This document shows positions 62,255 through 64,000 of a stretch of DNA of 64,000 bases, one piece after another. Made by a program: the position numbers and the translations under genes. The stretch lies in assembly GCA_001782165.1 (NCBI GenBank), contig MFNV01000002.1, forward strand, positions 81,002 through 145,001, written 5' to 3'. The notes under the pieces were generated by a model. It was not told the DNA's origin. It did not search any database and saw only the letters and a program-made list of their open reading frames with translations. Each line of letters starts with the position of its first letter. Position 1 is the first letter of the stretch. This DNA is from Candidatus Levybacteria bacterium RIFCSPHIGHO2_01_FULL_41_15 (GTDB lineage: Bacteria; Patescibacteriota; Microgenomatia; Levybacterales; UBA12049).

Positions 62255-64000
62255 TTTTTCTCTATTATTATACCCTTTGATGTTTCGGAAATTATAATTT
62301 TAGTTTTTACACTTTCGCGGCTTGCAGGATGACTCTTCCACCACAACAAGTATTCATAATTCATGGTAAAACTCTCAAACTGGCTTCCTTCACCCTTACC
62401 TAATAAATTGTATTCCTGATCTTGAGTCAGAGCTATTATTCTTCCTACCGCATTCAATCTATTTTTAAACGACAATCCCTCATTGATACGAGAATTATTT
62501 TTAAAAAGCGGGTAGACATTAAAGCTTACTAAAATGATTAAAAATGTAATACCAATAAGTTTAAATGTATTGCTCACTATCAGTTTATTGAAAACTAATC
62601 CCGCAATTATAATAATCGGAGGAAAAAAAATTGGAAGGTATGCCTCAGAGGAAGTTTTTGCGATCAAAAATCCCAAAAATGAAATTATAAAATAAATTCC
62701 GATTAATAGATAACCTAATTGAATTTTTTTCTTTCCGATATCTTTATATAGAATAAAAAAGAAAAGCGAAAAAGATATTATCAATAAAATTAAGGCGATC
62801 TGATAACTTTCTGCAAAAATTAATCTTCCGTAAGACTCAAGAAAAAAATTTAGAACCGTAAGATAACTCGATTGTTCAGTTATTGAACCGACGCCGGGGA
62901 GCCCAAAAAATTTTAAAAACTTATATCCTATCCAAGCTATGAATTTAAAGGTTTGCGGAAATCCGTGATTAAAATCATAAATCAAAATTGGCAACATCGG
63001 AACGATAAATCCAATTATCGATAAGAGTATTATTTTAGGATTTTTAAGTTTGGATACAAATTGCTTTTTTTTATAAATACCGTATACCATAAATAAAACC
63101 AGAACTATCCATAGGGAAGTTGTGGATAGTTCAAGATTATAAAGAATAGAAAGCACAAGAATGACAGCGGGAAAAAACATGGCTTTTCCCGAAAGCCATT
63201 TATAAATAAACAGGATAAATAATAAAGAAAAAAAGGGAATCAAAGTAGTATGATAGGGCATTCTCGAGTGCAAAACGGTAAGAGGTGATACCGCATAAAG
63301 CAAACCTGATACGAGTCCTGTTTGTCTTGAAAACAGTATTGTACCCACTCTATATATTAGGAACGTTGACAGAACACTAAAAATCGCCGTAAAATAGGCG
63401 GGAGCGACAGGATTAAAATTTGAAATTAAAAAGATTAAACTTAGAATATACGTCCACAAAGGACCCTGATGAAGCCAAGTGTGGCTTGACGTAATTCCAA
63501 CCAGAGGAATGTTTCCTGTCAATAATAAATCTCGCGCAGACAGATAAAACCATCCCTGATCTCCTATAAATTCCATGGTTGACCCTAGTTTATAGAAACG
63601 GAGAAGCGCTGCAAGAAAAAGGATGATTGTTAAAAATAAAAGATTTTTATTAAATCGAAAAAATAACTTTAATATTAAAGCAAGAAACGAGCCATACCAT
63701 TTTTTAAAATAGTAAAACCTGCTCTTTGAAAATATTTCTTTTATGTCATTTCTTTTTTTTGTACTTATCCCACCAAAATGAATAATTTTTGCATCTGGGA
63801 CAGAATAATTTCGATAACCTTTAATTTTTAATCTTTTGCACAAATCTGCTTCTTCAAAAAAAAGAAAAAATTCTTCATCAAATCCTCCAATTTCATCAAA
63901 AACTTTCTTTTTTATCATTAAGGATGTTCCGGGAACTACGTCCATTTCTCGCACCGCTTTTCTGTCCCAATCTTTATAAAAAAAATTTTCGGCTATCCAA
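62251..64000 (-). CDS. fusion of GT2 C-terminal region with GT-C (ArnT/PMT_2-like) polytopic domain; 5' end beyond window
   Basis: Visible N-terminal portion ...GGFDEEFFLFFEEADLCKRLKIKGY is the typical GT2 C-terminal segment, followed by >12 TM helices. Reading frame continues to the window edge. Confidence 0.5.
   Translation of the reverse strand, partial: WIAENFFYKDWDRKAVREMDVVPGTSLMIKKKVFDEIGGFDEEFFLFFEEADLCKRLKIKGYRNYSVPDAKIIHFGGISTKKRNDIKEIFSKSRFYYFKKWYGSFLALILKLFFRFNKNLLFLTIILFLAALLRFYKLGSTMEFIGDQGWFYLSARDLLLTGNIPLVGITSSHTWLHQGPLWTYILSLIFLISNFNPVAPAYFTAIFSVLSTFLIYRVGTILFSRQTGLVSGLLYAVSPLTVLHSRMPYHTTLIPFFSLLFILFIYKWLSGKAMFFPAVILVLSILYNLELSTTSLWIVLVLFMVYGIYKKKQFVSKLKNPKIILLSIIGFIVPMLPILIYDFNHGFPQTFKFIAWIGYKFLKFFGLPGVGSITEQSSYLTVLNFFLESYGRLIFAESYQIALILLIISFSLFFFILYKDIGKKKIQLGYLLIGIYFIISFLGFLIAKTSSEAYLPIFFPPIIIIAGLVFNKLIVSNTFKLIGITFLIILVSFNVYPLFKNNSRINEGLSFKNRLNAVGRIIALTQDQEYNLLGKGEGSQFESFTMNYEYLLWWKSHPASRESVKTKIIISETSKGIIIEKK

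Overview
AT-rich (about 35-38% GC by eye), compact bacterial chromosomal segment, mostly housekeeping genes. Several conserved proteins are unusually short (holA-like 227 aa, atpH 119 aa, uvrC 425 aa with no C-terminal HhH region). Together with murT/gatD this suggests a small-genome, Gram-positive-like organism, possibly Patescibacteria/CPR; this is inference, not shown by the sequence.

Contents in order:
- partial AlkA-like glycosylase, AI-2E transporter, rhomboid protease
- cupredoxin-copA copper efflux pair with a GC palindrome upstream
- dinB convergent with an ATP-cone/Mrr-type nuclease fusion
- large flippase-like/DUF2079-like membrane protein
- MacAB-like ABC efflux triplet
- HAD hydrolase, rnhB, yvcK-like, secG, SBP_bac_5
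- uvrC, transglutaminase-like secreted protein, uvrA
- cysS, holA-like, pmm/pgm, pgi/pmi, a divergent enolase, rsmI
- divergent lexA-uvrB pair, yraN, rplS, pyrG, LysM protein, polX
- lemA-htpX, murT-gatD, gatCAB, dnaE
- complete F1Fo ATP synthase operon (atpBEFHAGDC), pyrE-like
- a GT2/GT-C/O-antigen-ligase-like glycosylation cluster at the 3' end

There are 11 tRNA genes.

Most notable: at two separate loci a complete canonical tRNA gene (Gly-CCC at 38400-38471; Thr-CGT at 57877-57949) sits inside a ~115-nt insertion in the anticodon loop of a second tRNA whose two halves form a perfect cloverleaf. The two insertions share GC-rich flank motifs. This looks like tRNA genes nested inside introns of other tRNA genes.

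Also noted:
- a GT-C glycosyltransferase frameshifted at a T7 tract
- a 4x heptanucleotide repeat inside polX
- three hairpin-bearing direct repeats upstream of a tRNA promoter

No CRISPR array, integrase or transposase was seen.
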